Position numbers and translations under genes: made by a program. The notes under the pieces were generated by a model. The model did not search any database. It was not told the origin of the DNA and saw only the letters and a program-made list of their open reading frames with translations. Positions 35,401-50,400 of a stretch of DNA of 64,000 nucleotides are shown here, piece by piece. Numbering within the stretch: position 1 is the stretch's first letter; every line of letters starts with the position of its first letter. Location of the stretch: assembly GCA_035221665.1 (NCBI GenBank), contig CM069174.1, positions 10,788,001 to 10,852,000 on the forward strand, given 5' to 3'. This DNA is from Okamejei kenojei (taxonomy: Eukaryota).

Positions 35401-38400
35401 TAAGATTTTTATAGCATAGAAAAGACCATTTGTTATGCCAATTCCATACTGAACATCTGAGCAACCCTGTTTGTTCCACTCCCCAGCCCTTTCCCAATAG
35501 TGCTGCAGTTTCTTTCCTTTCAGATGTTTATCCAGCTATATTTTGAAAGATACTTTCGAATTTGTTTCTCTTGCCTCCCGATCCAACCACTTGCTGTATT
35601 TTTTTTCCTTTTGCCTGTCGTCTTCATTTTATTCTTTTTAATACTTCCGCCAGTCAGAAATGTCTATTTATGATTTTAAATACCTATCGAAAGTGGATCC
35701 CCTTGCAAAAACCTCTGTAGTAAGGAGAACAACATCAGCTTCTCGGTCACTACACTAAAGTCCCTCATCTCTGAAATCATTTTGATAAATTCCTCCTGCA
35801 CCTTCTCGAAAGTCTTCGTCTTTCAATAAGTGTGCTGCCCGAAAATGGATAATATTGAGTTAAGGCAGAGCCAGTGTTTTTGTGAAGGAAGAGCGTGCAA
35901 AAGGACCTGTGAGGAGAAAAATGAAGGGTATGGTAGCTAGCCTTCGGTATTGAGGGCCTCCAGTTTTCACCTGAAAGATAAAAATAGGTGTTTCCCCACA
36001 AACTAGAAGCAACAATAGAAATAAGGAACAAAAGTGGGAGTAGTCCACGCAGCTTCTCCATTTGTCTTTACAATGTATTAAGATATTGCCTGATCCCCTG
36101 ATTCACTTCCCTGACAAATCCCGTGATTCATTTGCTATTCAAATATCTACCTTGTCTTGAATATCCTCATCCACAGCCCTCGGGGGAAAGATAATATCAA
36201 AGATTTCCAATACTTAATGACGTTTCTTCTCATGGAAGTCCTACGTGTATAATTCATTATCCTGAGACTGACATGAGTCAGAGAAAACAGCCTCTCAGCT
36301 TCAATGATTCTTTATCAACCTTGTCTGTTCTTTTCAAAATCTTGTGTTTCAATGAAATCATCTCCTATTATTTTTAACCCTGGCAACTCTGGTGTCCTCC
36401 TCAGATGACCCCTTTATCCCAGGAGGAAAGTAATTAGAATGTAATCTCCACCTGTGAGGTATCCCAACAAAAATATTTCATTCCAGTTCATTTTGGATTT
36501 GGGTCTAGTCCTACAATATCAAAATGCTCCAAGATACTTATTGCAAATCAGTTGTCAGTCTCATTCCTGCAGTGGGGAAATGGAAGAATATTGTACTCGT
36601 ACAGTAGTAAGTAGTCATCTGATTATCTTGAAGTACATTATTGGACAGGGTAGAATGACTTGAGCTCTATTTAACTGTTTTAGAAATACAGTTTTATAGG
36701 GGGTACCTGATGTTGGAATGATCCACTTTTCAGAAATAGCATTTAGGTGAAAATTTAGAATGTAAGATGGATGTAATCCAAATTAATAATTAAGACAAGT
36801 TTGTCTTGCAGTTATTTTAATGACTTTGTTTTCTTCGCTTCTCCCATTGTAGGTGCTATATTTACTGGAGCCCATCCGTTGCCATGTTCAAAATCATCTG
36901 TGTCAGAAGGAGTTTTGCTTGGGCTGTGAACTTGGATTTCTGTTTCACATGCTTGATCTCTCCAGAGGTGACCCATGCCAGGTAGATGAATGTTGAGCTT
37001 GTAAAGTGGACGGTGTGATCATTGAGCATTGTGTTCATTATGTGGATTGTTCTAACTGCATCACCTTGGCCAGAATAGTCATCCGTATTTCGCGTATAAT
37101 AAAAAGCAAAAAATTCAACGGTAGCAGATTTTTTTGGGGGAAAAAAAATGTCATTCCAACTAATCCCATCTGCCTGCACATGATACATATCCCTCTATTC
37201 ACTGCCTGTTTCTGTGTCTAAATGCCACTTGCCTGTTGCTATTGCATCTGCTTCCACCATCTCCCTTGATGGCATGTTCCAGCCATTTACCACTGCAATT
37301 CTGCACTTCCACAGTACCTTTTGTGTTGGTGGTTATCCTTGAATTAGAAGAGACTGTATAGGCGTGAACGATGGTCAACAATACTCTTCCCTACTGTTGA
37401 CTATCTTGTACTTTGTCTCAAAACCAGATTACTATGGTCCCTGTTAACTTGTGGCTGTGTGCAAAATTGGGTATAAAAAATATCATGTTTTGTTTCCTTT
37501 CATTGTGTCTTATAGGCCAGCAATTTTCTTCGAGCTTTCCGAACTATTCCAGAGGCATCTGCTCTTGGGTTGATTCTAGCTGATTCGGATGAAGCGACTG
37601 GGAAGGTGAATCTGGGCCGACTTATACAGAGCTGGAACCGATTTATATTGACGCAGCTCCATCAGGAGACACAAGAGCAGGAAGGTCCACAGGCCTATCG
37701 GAGTGTCATGGGAAGGTGGGACAGCACTATTTTAAGATGGAGTAACTAGATTTATTTTTATCAAAAGCATGGGAGTTATGCATTGCACTGCAATTTGAAT
37801 TTTGCCGTCTTGAGGAGAATCCCTCATTGGCATCCCACAATTGTTATATCACAGAGTAGCCATTTATGAAAAAATATTTCCAGACAGTTTTTACTGGTGG
37901 ACAGCTAACATTATCTGTGATAAATGAAGCCAGTATTAGGCTGCAGTATTGCGGGTGACACTCTGCCTCAGCACTATTTTGATCAGTTTTATTCTGTCTA
38001 CACCCTTCACTCTACTGCATTCTAAATCTCAGCCCCATTACTGCAGGGAATGGAGAAAAGACTCAATGGTTTGTGATGCCCCTTGTTCTTATCATGGTGG
38101 ATGCAGATGAAACATGGTCTGCTTGTATCATGCTGAACCCAATATACTATTTAAATGTGGCATTCTTACAAACTTTTGTTTTTGTCTTCAGTACATTTGG
38201 ATCCTCTGGTGAATCTGTGATTGGGAAGCTGTTTGGTTGTGAAGTTGAGAACTGTAGCACTTGCCGCTGTGGGAAGGAAACTGTTCGAGTTTCTTCAAGC
38301 CTGCTTTTTACCTTGCAATACCCTGATATAAATACTGCTGGTGAGTAGTGTATGGAAAAAAGAATCATGAATTGCCTTGCCTTCACCATTACATCATTTT

Positions 38401-41400
38401 ACCATTTATTCATCAGGTTAATTTTAAACTTGACGCATGAGTGTGAAACTTCCACATTGCTTTAATCATCAGCTTCCTCGGGCTGTATATAGTTTTTGTA
38501 CTTCATCTTTTTTTTTTTATTTTTTTATTGATATTTTAATTTGGTTAAATGACAGTGACCCCTGAAATGTATTGGTCTCAAATACCTTGTCAACAAAGAA
38601 ATAAAATAAAAATTGTTTGGGTATTTTCTCAGGTTTTCCCATTCAGAAATTCCTGTGTTCGTATTTATCAGGAAACACAATGTAAATTTGCCACACAGTC
38701 ATTTCATTGTCCCACTCATGACATCAGTTTTGCACCTTTCCTCCTGTACTGCAGAGAAAATCCCAGATTGGAACCAGTTCTAACTTCAAATAATTCAAAA
38801 TCTATATTGCATGGAAATAACAACGTTTGACTTGCATCTATGCACCCTGATCCAAATACCCTAATTTCCTACCCCTGTTGTACCAGAGGGTCTCACATTG
38901 TCTTCCCCAATGATGATCCACGTGATGTATTACTCTTCTAATACAGTGGGCACCCCCTAGTTGTCTATATTTCAATGCTTTTTCCACTATCCTTTCTTTA
39001 GATTTAAGCCGATGCAACAGTAAATCAGAATTGTAGAGGTGCAAAACATCTGCCAGGGACACTATCTTATGACTCCAGCCAATTCTGAATGACCCATTAG
39101 AGAACCCACCAGCAGTAACTTTAAAAGCACAAAACCAATCATAATTTGAGGAACGGAAGCCATTCTCTATTTTGCTAAAAATGTTTATTGTTCAAAATTA
39201 GGTTTTGACCAATCGAAGCAGAAAATTGTTTTGTTGGCATGTGACTGCATTTATAAATGTGCAGGGGCTGATATTGTGAACAGAAATGTGTCCACTTTAT
39301 ATTTATTCTGTGTACTTGGTTGTCCAAAAATGTTCTTTATGTACAATACTTAGTACCTCCTTTTTTTTCTTTAGACAAAGCTATTCGACAATATGAATTT
39401 GCTGAAGTGCTGAAGAGAAGTATTTGCCTTGAACAGAACACCCAGGCCTGGTGTGAAAATTGCGAGAAGTACCAGCCCACGGTTTGTATATTTGGCCCTG
39501 GGGAGGGAGCAAGGAGTGTAAATATTTTGCCAATCAACTCTTGCAACCTCAGATCATGAAATGAGTTTCCAGAAAATTAAGGACTTTGCTGATTAATTGT
39601 TTGAGGATATCTTAATTACACTGGTTCCTTTAGCTATCTCATGAAAGATCAAACCACTCTCTAAAATTATCTTTCGTGTCTGTTTTTCGGCTGCGGAGAT
39701 GTTTGAATATTTCCTGCTATTTTGTTCTCTGCAGCACCTTTTATGTTGCTGTTCTTACCTTCCAAATGTGTTCTTTTTGATTCGTAGGTTGGTTACATTT
39801 TCAATAATGATTTTTTTCTTTATTTTTTTTTCTTTAACTGTGCCTCTAAGCAGGACTATTGCTTCAATAGGGTCTTGTGACAACTCGTCTGGCAAACTTT
39901 AAAAATATTTTTTAATTTCTGCAGTTTTGCTTAGAAAAGCTTAGAAAAAATGTAGTGATCCAGTCTGGAGGATTATATATCACTACTTCTTCGTGAACAA
40001 TTTAAGGCCAGTATTGATTGAGAGGTTGGGTCCTTTGGAAAAGCTGAGCTGATACCTGGTTTGCGATTTCCATAGCTGGTGCAAATGTGGTTGCATTACT
40101 GAGTAATAAGTAATACTGGAATTGTTGCCATTTTATTTTGTCAAAGATTTTGGTGCCCTAAAATAGAAATCTTACTGCAAAAATAAAACAACATGTGCAC
40201 TGTTTCAAAATTAAATGTATGGATCCTTTGCTCTTAAATTCCTTCACTGATTGTGTTGGTATGCATTTTGTCATGAGAATATATTTTGAATTTAAATGTA
40301 ACAGGACCATATATCCATTCTACAGAAAATAATTAAATTCTTCCAAAAAATGTATAAATCAAGCCTGTTGTTTCATGATCAGTGACCTAAAATAGTCGAT
40401 TAGAGTTTTTGACGACTCTATGTTTGGTCTTTTGAGCTTTGACTTTCATATCACTCATTGCCATCTTGTGTTACTGTATCAAAATGCCATACACTATTGA
40501 GCTTCCAGTGTTGATTGGAAATTGTGTTTTGCTCTAGATTCAAACGAGAAATATTCGATGCTTGCCTGATGTTCTTGTTATTAACTGTGAAGTCAACAGC
40601 ACAAAGGAAGCTGAATTTTGGAAATGCCAAGCTGAGGTCTGTACAGAGGAATTAATTGTCATTATTTCAAATGCACCCTTTATATAAATCTGCTGGGACT
40701 ATTTTCAGGGGTTCCATCCCATTTGGGGAATGTAGGAAGTGGTGTTCAGTGTTCAAGAAGATTCTGAAATAAATGGGTGGTGCTGAAAGGAGAGAATGCC
40801 CTCCATTCCCTGATTGAAGAGAGAGTTGTTTGCTGTAACTGTAGATAACATTAGAATATTGTGTTGGTGGCAAGGTGAAGCTGAAGAGCAGTCAGCCTGA
40901 TGAATGAAATGTAGTGCAATAATTTTAAACTATTTTCAAAAGCCGAGGATAGCTTTATATTCCGGAAATACAAGTTAGCACTTCAAAAGCCTTTTGAGTC
41001 TGCGCAGTGTTCCATTTCAAAACCAATGTATTTTTCCTGATGTTTGTTGCTAGAGGGTGCACTATTGAATTATATCGATGAGGAAAATGTTACAGGTAAT
41101 ACATTAGCTATTTTGGCTGGGATAGCAGAACGGGCTTTACTATTTCTAGTTACTATCTCTCCTAGTTTAAAGCTACTGTCAGCCAGGAGCCCCAGAAAGT
41201 GAAAGTGAAAGGGACTTGAACCATTCTAGTGCCTTTCTTGACAAGTGCTTATCTGTGAGAATAGACTAGAGTTTCACTGTGAAAGTTTCTATGTCAAAAT
41301 ATAATTCTTACTTGATTGCATGAATCATACTACATTAAATGAAATGTCAGGTACTGTGCATGAATTATAACCTTCATAAGAAGAAAACAATGAAGACGGG

Positions 41401-44400
41401 GACAGTTTGCATCTAATTGGTAGCTTAATTTGTTGCTTTTGAATATTTTAGCAGTACCATTTTTTTTTTGTGCAGTATGAATTGCGCAACAAAATGAGGA
41501 AGGAAGATTTGGAAGCAATAAAAATGAAAGAAAACAATCCAACAGAATGGTAGGGATTTTTAAAGTGTGCTATTGTCCGCATAAGTGGTGAGCTCAATTC
41601 AAGACAGTTTATTGCATAACTATTGTCTTTGCTTTTTGTCTGCTCAAGAACAACATGTTGCGCCAATGTTTAAAATGTGGATTTCAAATATGTCGGAAAC
41701 GTTACATCTTGAAGAAATGAGATTCCTCCCATTAGGCAAAGCAGACCAATTCTTAAAGATTTGGTCTCCTTTTATCGACTTCTTACAAGCATATGGTGCA
41801 ACATAACCTTAGAAATTAAATGGTTCCGAACCGGGTGACGGGTGGGTAAAGATATTAAATAGGTATCTCTCAATCTCTATTCCTTTTTTTCTCTAGCTTC
41901 TTTCTTCTTTCTGTCTCTCTCGCTATTCGTTTCTACTCTCTTGTCTATCTATCTCTTTTTCGGGCTTTTCTTATTATATCACGATTTCCTACGACACTTT
42001 CTATTTTCTTCTTTCTATCATTGCTTTTCATACTGGCTGTTTTAATATTAAAATTAAAATAAAAAGTTGTACAAGAATTGTAATATGTCTGTATGCATCA
42101 GGTACCTATGTACTACATTACTGTATTTACTTTTAACGAAAATACATTTAAAAAAAAATAACATGTTGGCCCAACACCTGGGCATGCAACAAGATTTTCC
42201 AGGTCAAATTTAAAAAAGAACAATGCTTGCAAACTATTGGTGTATTATTGTCACATGTACTGAAATACAGTTTAAAGAAAAAATAAAGCATGCTATCCAG
42301 GCAAATCATACCATACACAAGTGCATCAGGTTGTGTAAAAGAGAAAATAGAGTGCAGAATATAATGTTACTGCCGCAGAAATTGCAGCTCAATAAATAAA
42401 ATGTGCATGAGCCGCACAAGGTCGATTGGGAATTCTTACCATGTGAGATGTCTGTTTAAGAATCTTTGCCAGCAGGGAAGAAGCTGTTCTTGAACCTGGT
42501 GGTATGTACTGTCAAGCTTTTGTATTGTCTTACTGACAGGAGAGGAGAGAAGATGGAATGGCTGTAGTGTCAGTGCTCCTTGATTATGTTGGCTGCTTTC
42601 CCAAGAGGAGGCTGTCTCTGTGATGGACTGGGCTGCATAACTACAATTCCTTGTGGTCTTGGGCAGTGTAGTTGCCATACCAAACTGAGGTGCATCCAGA
42701 TAGGATGTTTTCCACGATGCATTTGTAGAAACTGAGAAGATTGGAGATATGATTAATTTCTTTAGCCTTCTGAGGAAATTGAGGCGATGGTGTGCATTCT
42801 TAACCATAGTGTCCATGTGGTTGGACCAGGACAAATTGGTGATATTGACATCTAGTAAATTGAAGTCTCGACCATCTCCACCTCAATACAGTTGTTGCTG
42901 ACTGGGGCACTTAACCCCACCTCATTTCCTGAAGAAGATGACTAGCTCCTTCATCTTGCTGATATGGAGAGAGGTTATCTTGACATAATGCTACTAAGCA
43001 CTCTATCTCCTTCCTGTTCTCTGTCTCGCCATTATTTGAGATCAGGCCTATTATGGTGGTGTTATCTGCTGCCCTGTAAATGCATTTGAGCTGAATTTTG
43101 GCCTTCCAGTTTTGGGTGTATAGGGACTGTAGTAAGGCTTTGAGAATGCAGCCTTGCAGGGCACCTGTGTTGAGAATTATTGTGGAATATTTTTTGTTGC
43201 CCATCCTTACTGTTTACAGTCAATGGGTCAAGAAGTCGAGGATCCAGTTGCAGAGGAGTTGCTGAGTCCTAGGTCCAGGAGTTTGGAAATTAGTTTGGTT
43301 GGAATGATGGTGTTGAACACAGAGCTATTGTCAATACATGTGAGTCTGCCACAGGTGTCTTTGACGTGGATGTTTGTGCGTGAGAATCAAAGATGACAAC
43401 TGCATAATGTACCTTCCACTTCTTGAAGAATTTTTAACTAGTTTTACCGCTGTCTGACATCAGTGCCTCTATTCCCATGCAATAATTCAAATAGATCGAC
43501 CAATTTCATCTTGATGTATTGAGTGATATTGTAAAGTTCCATTTACCAGGAGATGCTTTGACTTTTTATCATCAGGGAAGCACTTTGTAATGCAGAAGGC
43601 CTGAGTTTCTATACATCAATTGAGGAATTGAAAAATATTTGGATGCCAAATTCTATCAAGATGAAGCTGTCTAAAAACAAGGAGCTAGAAGTCACAAACT
43701 GGACTGAAAATGAAGGCGTATGTAATTAAGTTTAATCCTTGATGTATCTTTTCAAACCTCCCCTTAAGAGATTGATTCTAATGTTTGTAAAATTTTAACT
43801 AAGTTCAGACGGGTGATCAAAAATGAAATGTGAGCAGTGGTAAGTGGAGCTGTAATCAGGAAACTTAAATAGGCAGGTTACTTTTGGTATTGGAAAATTG
43901 GGGCTAAGCAGTTTCCTCTTTGTGGGGGGAAAGGGAACGATGGGACCTAAGGATGAGCTGCTCAGAGCAGGTATCTGGAAGCAGGTAATGTGCATCTCTC
44001 TGAATTGGTTTCCCTTGCAAATCATTGTGTTTGTAACACAAAAAGTGCATTTGAGGACTGTAAATCAGAGGAACGATGGTAAGAAATAGGGTAGATAAGC
44101 CAGTGTCTGTTTTTCGTTGTAGGTGTGTCTAAACGAAAGGGCATAGATTTAAGGTGAGGGGGAGGAGATTTAAAGGGGACCTGAGGGTTAAATTATTCAG
44201 TAGTTGGTATCTGGAATAAGCTGCCAGAGGAGTTGGAAGGAGTAACATTTTAAAAGCCATCTGGGCAGGATAATTAAATGACAAAGTGTGGAGAGAGATA
44301 GAAATTATGCAGATGTGGGATTAACATCGATGGGCATGATGATCAGCATTGACACATTAGGCTGAAGAGCCTGTTTCTATGCTGTACAACGCCAACTATA

Positions 44401-47400
44401 TGAAGTTGTCTTGATTATTAAGTTTCTAATTGATGTCCCGGTTAATATTTTTATTGGGAAAGAAATGTTTGTAGAATCACTATCCCTGTAAATTAGAATA
44501 CTGTAATATCAAATTTGAGGAAAACGTTTAGCATTTAACTGTAATTTGCACAGTTGTGCAAGTACACTGGTACTGTTGACGGAACTAAAGTGTTGTAGTA
44601 ACTTTTAGAGATGCTAGAGGGAGCATTCTTACTTTCACAGTTTTCTGCAAACTGAAATAGTAAAACGCTGTTGAGCCTGCCTGTTGCAAGGTGGATAGCT
44701 GAAATGTGCTGGGGAATTGAACTGTTCTATTCTGGTCCCTCTGTTGCTTTCTTTGTGGTTGGTCAAAAAGATATTCCAAACAAGTACCTTTAAATATATA
44801 TTAAATATATATTAATGATTTTTTGGAAATGTGTTATCCTGCATGCCCTTCCAGGCATGTTAACTGGTTTGAATGTACCTTCTGTTTGGTCTCTGGATGA
44901 TGTAGTTTTTGTATGTAGTCCTTTTTCTCTTGGAGTTGGCAGCAATACGGTATGGAACTTAATTTGTGTATGTTCCTGACACTAGAAAGAAAGATTTTGA
45001 AGTTCCTTGTTTTATCATATCTTAAGACCAATTTGAAGGAAGTTAAAGTGCAATTTAAACTTTAGCCAGACCAGATGCAGGTATTAAAAATTGATTAATA
45101 TGCTATTGTAAAGATGATGATATGTACAAGTTGGAAGAGCAGTCTTCCCTCTGAGTTGGTGACTTGGGATTTTGGGACAATGCCCAATAATTCAACGGTT
45201 TAAGGATGGGGGGGGGGGGGGGGGGGGGAGGGGGGAAGATCGGGTAAATGTTAATTTTAAAGATGTCTTGGAAGTTGCATGCATGTGGTTTCCAAAATTC
45301 CATTCTTATTTTTAACTGTGAAATTTGTGTTAACAACATCAATCTATTTCAAAGAGCTATTTTTTTCCGATGCCTAGTAATAGCATCAAAACTTCTTTTC
45401 TGTTTGTTTGAAGCAACAAATTGGTGTTTGTTCAATATATTAATTTCCAGTTATTTGAGCCAATTGCTTGCTATGGTGGTTACTGAGCAGAATGTTTACT
45501 GATTACTTTGGCCTTATTCTGCAGCTGTCCGCTTCAGAAGATGAGGAGAACACCTATCTGTACGACCTGGTGGTGACCGTGGCTCATATTTTAGATCCTC
45601 GGACTGGTGGCAGTCTTGTGGCTCACATTAAAGTTGGGGAAACTTATCACCAGCGGAAGGAGGTGCAGTATAATTTGCATCCAAATGTCTTGTTATTGAA
45701 AAATTTTGGTACAGCAGTAGAATGGTAATATAAAGAGTAGAAGCATTGATGCACTTTAAAACCTTCAGTTTTCTCAATGGATGAGTTTAACTTTTTAAAT
45801 TTCTGCATTTGAAAAATGTTTGATTATAGTTTGCACTTCTGTTAGACATGACTTTAAAGAAACCTTTTGTTTTCAAACATCCAAATGTTTAATTTCCCTT
45901 CCACCATCAGTGATCTAGAATACATCATCTTCAAAAACAATAGTGACCAAAAATATTATTTTTTTAATTTTTACTGACTAGCATCTCAATCGGTAAGATC
46001 ACCACAGAGTTTAATCAAAAAAAGTAACCTTCCTTTCCTGCAATAATTTTTTATATAGCCCGTTATTTTCCATCTAATGAGCATGGAATGTTTTGTTGGT
46101 TTTGGCACACAAGACAATTAGACACTCTTGACAGTTTAAGTTTCCAAAATGCAAAGCAAGTATATCTGCATAAAGAGCTTTTCACTGTACCCCAAATGGT
46201 AGCTGCCATCTTTAAATGAATGTTTTACAAGTCATAAATTGGTACATGAAAAAGGCTTTACCACTAAATAAGAAGCACTTTGGACCATAAGTTTCAAACT
46301 GGTTTCCTCAATTCGGGTCTGCAGCATAACATCACTGAAGGAATCTGTTTAATGCTAATTTATTTTGTTAGTGATACACATAGCTTGTGCAATAATGGAA
46401 GGAAAACCAATGTGTAATATTTGTGATGTTTCACGAGTGCATTAGTGTTGGAAATCTCCTGTATTAGGTTTGGTATAAGATCTGTAGCTCATGTAATGTT
46501 TTAATGTTTCAGGGTGTCACTCACAAACAATGGTATCTGTTCAATGACTTTCTCATAGAACCAATTGACAAGGTAATTGACATTTTTTTCTTGAAGCTAC
46601 TGTTCTATATTTTCAAAAATACAATGAGTTTTTCACGTGCGCACTTGGCTTAAATATTAATTCGAAATATTCCTTTATTGTTTGCACAAATAATTTCCCC
46701 TTTTCTAAAACTTGCAGAAATTTATTTGTATGCCATCCACCCTATCACAGGCATCTTTTTGGCACACACCTTTGCCCAACCCGCTGAGAGCGTCCATTAT
46801 TTGCTTTTTATTTCAATATGTAGGTATCCTAGCAAAGTAGATCAAATTAAGGGAAGATGGTTTTGTGCCCTGGTTCCACATACAGTTTGTTGGTTGTTTG
46901 GGGTGAGGAGGGGAGTGGTGCTGTCCAGAATGAGGAGGACCATTGGGGCATTGCTCAACAGTACGTTATTAAGTAGCACTGCCACAAATCTTGTGGAGTA
47001 GCTTACATGATGTTCCTCTTGGGAAGGGAAAGTGAACAATTCTTTTTAAGTAGGGGACAAGTAAAACATGTTTTAAGTTGTTGAGGTTGTGGTATATTTA
47101 AACATTTGTTTTGTTTTTTCAGTGTGAAGCTGTGCAGTTTGATTTAAGTTGGAAGATCCCCTGCATTTTGTACTATGCTAGACGGAATCTGAATTCCAAG
47201 TATGATTTAACTAGTAGGTAACCTTTTGTGACGTATGAATTACTAACTGGAGGTTGGTAGGGTGATTTTTATCTTCTCCACTCCTGGTACAGCAGAGCTG
47301 AGCTGCGCTTGGGTGCTAATAGTACACGTGTAAATATGGCAAGAATGACTTTCACTAATCTGGTATTCCTTTTAAGATAAAAGGGAAACTCTACAATGGC

Positions 47401-50400
47401 TCACTAAGCCATCATCAGGGCAATACTGACCTTTTACACCAGGTGTAATATCCACAGATTTGCTAAATTGCTAAAGATAAGGGTTTGGTTTCCTCTGAAA
47501 CAATGAAATGTCTGCAGTTTCAGTTTTTTTCTGTTTGTGTTTTTGCCAATTCTACTTACAATGATACAGCTATGAATAATTATAATGTCTTACTATTTTT
47601 GTGTTAACTGTGTACCAACCACTTAAACCAGCAATGGTATTGTAAACAGTTTGCACAATCTGCTGCTTTATTCTTAGTATGGAAGACCAAGATAATCAGT
47701 TTGTAAGATTCGACCTAGCTCATTTGGTAGTGGTGCCTTCTTCTAATTCCTGTGAACTACTTGGTGGTATTTCTCGCACGTACACTGGCCTGCTTTGTCA
47801 ATATTTTTTCTCTCTCTCCTTTAGTAAAGAATCCAATTGAGGCTAGTGTTTTGCTGGCAGAAGCATCTCTAGCTAGAAAGCAGCGAAAATGTCATGCAAC
47901 ATTTATCCCACTCATGTTGAATGAAATGCCCCAACCCAATGATTTAGTGGGTTTGGATGCAGAGTTTGTCACTCTGAATCAGGTACGTTTGTTGTTCTTG
48001 GGATAGAGGATGACTTGGTTCCGTTTGGGATACTCTTTTGTCTCGGTTCCTAGTGACAAGCTTGATTTGCTTGGTTTGGTGTTGCTTGTTCACAGGAAGA
48101 AGCAGAGCTTCGCAGTGATGGGACAAAATCCACCATCAAACCCAGTCAGATGTCAGTGGCAAGGATTACATGTGTGCGTGGTCAGGGACAAAATGAGGGG
48201 GTTCCCTTCATTGATGATTACATCTCTACACAGGAACAGGTAATGTCATGAGTAATGATTCCTCTGATCTTGGTGCCTAATTTGGCAACTTCCGCTTTGT
48301 GGTTGATCGAGTATATTGTTTAAATCACTAATCATTGCAGTGTTAATCAGCTGTGAGATACTCTGTTTCGGTTAATTCCTGGTTTATAAGTCCACTATGT
48401 GGGTATTAATTTCTCTTTGCTAAGCAGAAAGGCACTACATAGATATCAAACAACTTGTTTTGGCAGGAGGTGAAATCCTGGCAGCTCAGCAAGGTATCAT
48501 TGTAAACCTGGCAGCAGGTTGGGCACACTTCAGCTGCAGGATCTGCAGTGTGTGGGAAGAAGAAAGTATCTCTTCGGTTGGATAAATGTTATTTAGATTC
48601 TGTCTGAAAATGATCTTGTGTGCTTATTCCACAAATTTGTCCTTTGGAAAAAAAACAATAGGTTGTGGATTATCTAACCCAGTATTCTGGAATCAAACCT
48701 GGGGACCTTGATGCCAAAATCTCATCCAAACACCTAACCACCTTGAAGTCAACGTACCTGAAACTAAGGTTCCTCATTGATGTTGGAGTGAAGTTTGTGG
48801 GACATGGGCTGCAGAAGGACTTCAGAGTCATAAATCTTATGGTAGGTTTAGAAAGTTCACAAACATAATAATTGGGATAAGCTACTTGATGTGGCATCCT
48901 GTATTTGTGGACACTTCCATTATCTCCCTCCCTCCTTCGGCTCCATGTCAAGTCTTGCAATGTTGGTAACTGGCCTTTTTGTCGCAACTAATTTAATGAC
49001 GCTGATAAGTGGGAATGGTGTTTATAGATGTTAAGTGAGGAAATAGTTTGTTTGTGATGTAGAGTACAAACTCTTAAATAGGAAAAGACTGGATTTATTC
49101 TTCTGGTAATAGAAAAAACAGGATACCTATTAAAACAAAACACACCATGTAGAGCAACAGGCCACTCAGACAAGTAAAATGGATGAAGGGGTGCCAGTGG
49201 ATGTAGTGTATCTAGACTATCAGAAAGCCTTTGATAAGGTCCCGCACGGGAGACTGGTGACTAAAATTAGAGCACATGGTATTGGGGGTAGGGTGTTGAC
49301 ATGGATAGAAAATTGGTTGGCAGACCGGAAGCAAAGAGTAGGAGTGAACGGGTCCTTTTCAGAATGGCAGGCAGTGGCGAGTGGAGTGCCGCAAGGCTCG
49401 GGGTTGGGGCCACAACTGTTTACCATATATATTAATGATTTGGAAGAGGGAATTAGGAGCAACACTAGCAAGTTTGCGGATGACACAAAGCTGGGTGGCA
49501 GTGTGAACTGTGAAGAGGATGTTAGGAGGTTGCAGGGTGACCTGGACAGGTTGAGTGAGGTGGCAGATGCAGTATAATATAGATAAAAGTGAGGTTATCC
49601 ACTGGTGGCAAAAACAAGGGGGCAGATTATTATCTCAATGGGGTTAGGTAAGAGGGAGGTGCAGCGAGACCTGCGCGTCCTTGTACACCGGTCACTGAAA
49701 GTTGGCTAACAGGTACAGCAGGCAGTGAAGAAAGCTAATGGAATGTTGGCCTTCATAACAAGAGGATTTCAGTATAGGAGTAAAGAGGTTCTTCTGCAGT
49801 TGTATAGGGCTCCGGTGAGACCACATCTGGAGTATTGTGTACAGTTTTGGTCTCCTAATTTGAGGAAGGATATCCTTGTGATTGAGGCAGTGCAGCGTAG
49901 GTTCACGAGATTGATCCCTGGGATGGCGGGACTGTCATATGAGGAAAGATTGAAAAGACTGGGCTTGTATTCACTGGAGTTCAGAAGGATGAGGGAGATC
50001 TTATAGAAACATATAGAATTATAAAAGGACTGGACAAGCTAGATGCAGGAAAAATGTTGTGTGAGTCCAGAACGAGGGGCCACAGTCTTAGAATAAAGGG
50101 GAGGTCATTTAAGACTGAGGTGAGAAAAAACGTTTTCACCCAGAGAGTTGTGAATTTATGGAATTCCCTGCCACAGAGGGTAGTGGAGGCCAAATCACTG
50201 GATGGATTTAAGAGAGAGTTGGATAGAGTTCTCGGGGAATATGGGGAGAAGGCAGGCACGGGTTATTGATGGTGGACGATCAGCCCTGATCACAATGAAT
50301 GGTGGTGCTGGCTCGAAGGGCCGAATGGCCGCCTCCTGCACCAATTTGCTATGTTTCAGCCCAGCAGTTCTGTACTGGCACTTTTCTCTACAAACCACCA

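Noticed and set aside
41449-41475. Upstream NAGNAG acceptors that would add in-frame (Q)YHFFFVQ to exon 15
   Set aside because: The downstream acceptor has the better pyrimidine tract and gives the length matching human; no evidence of use.
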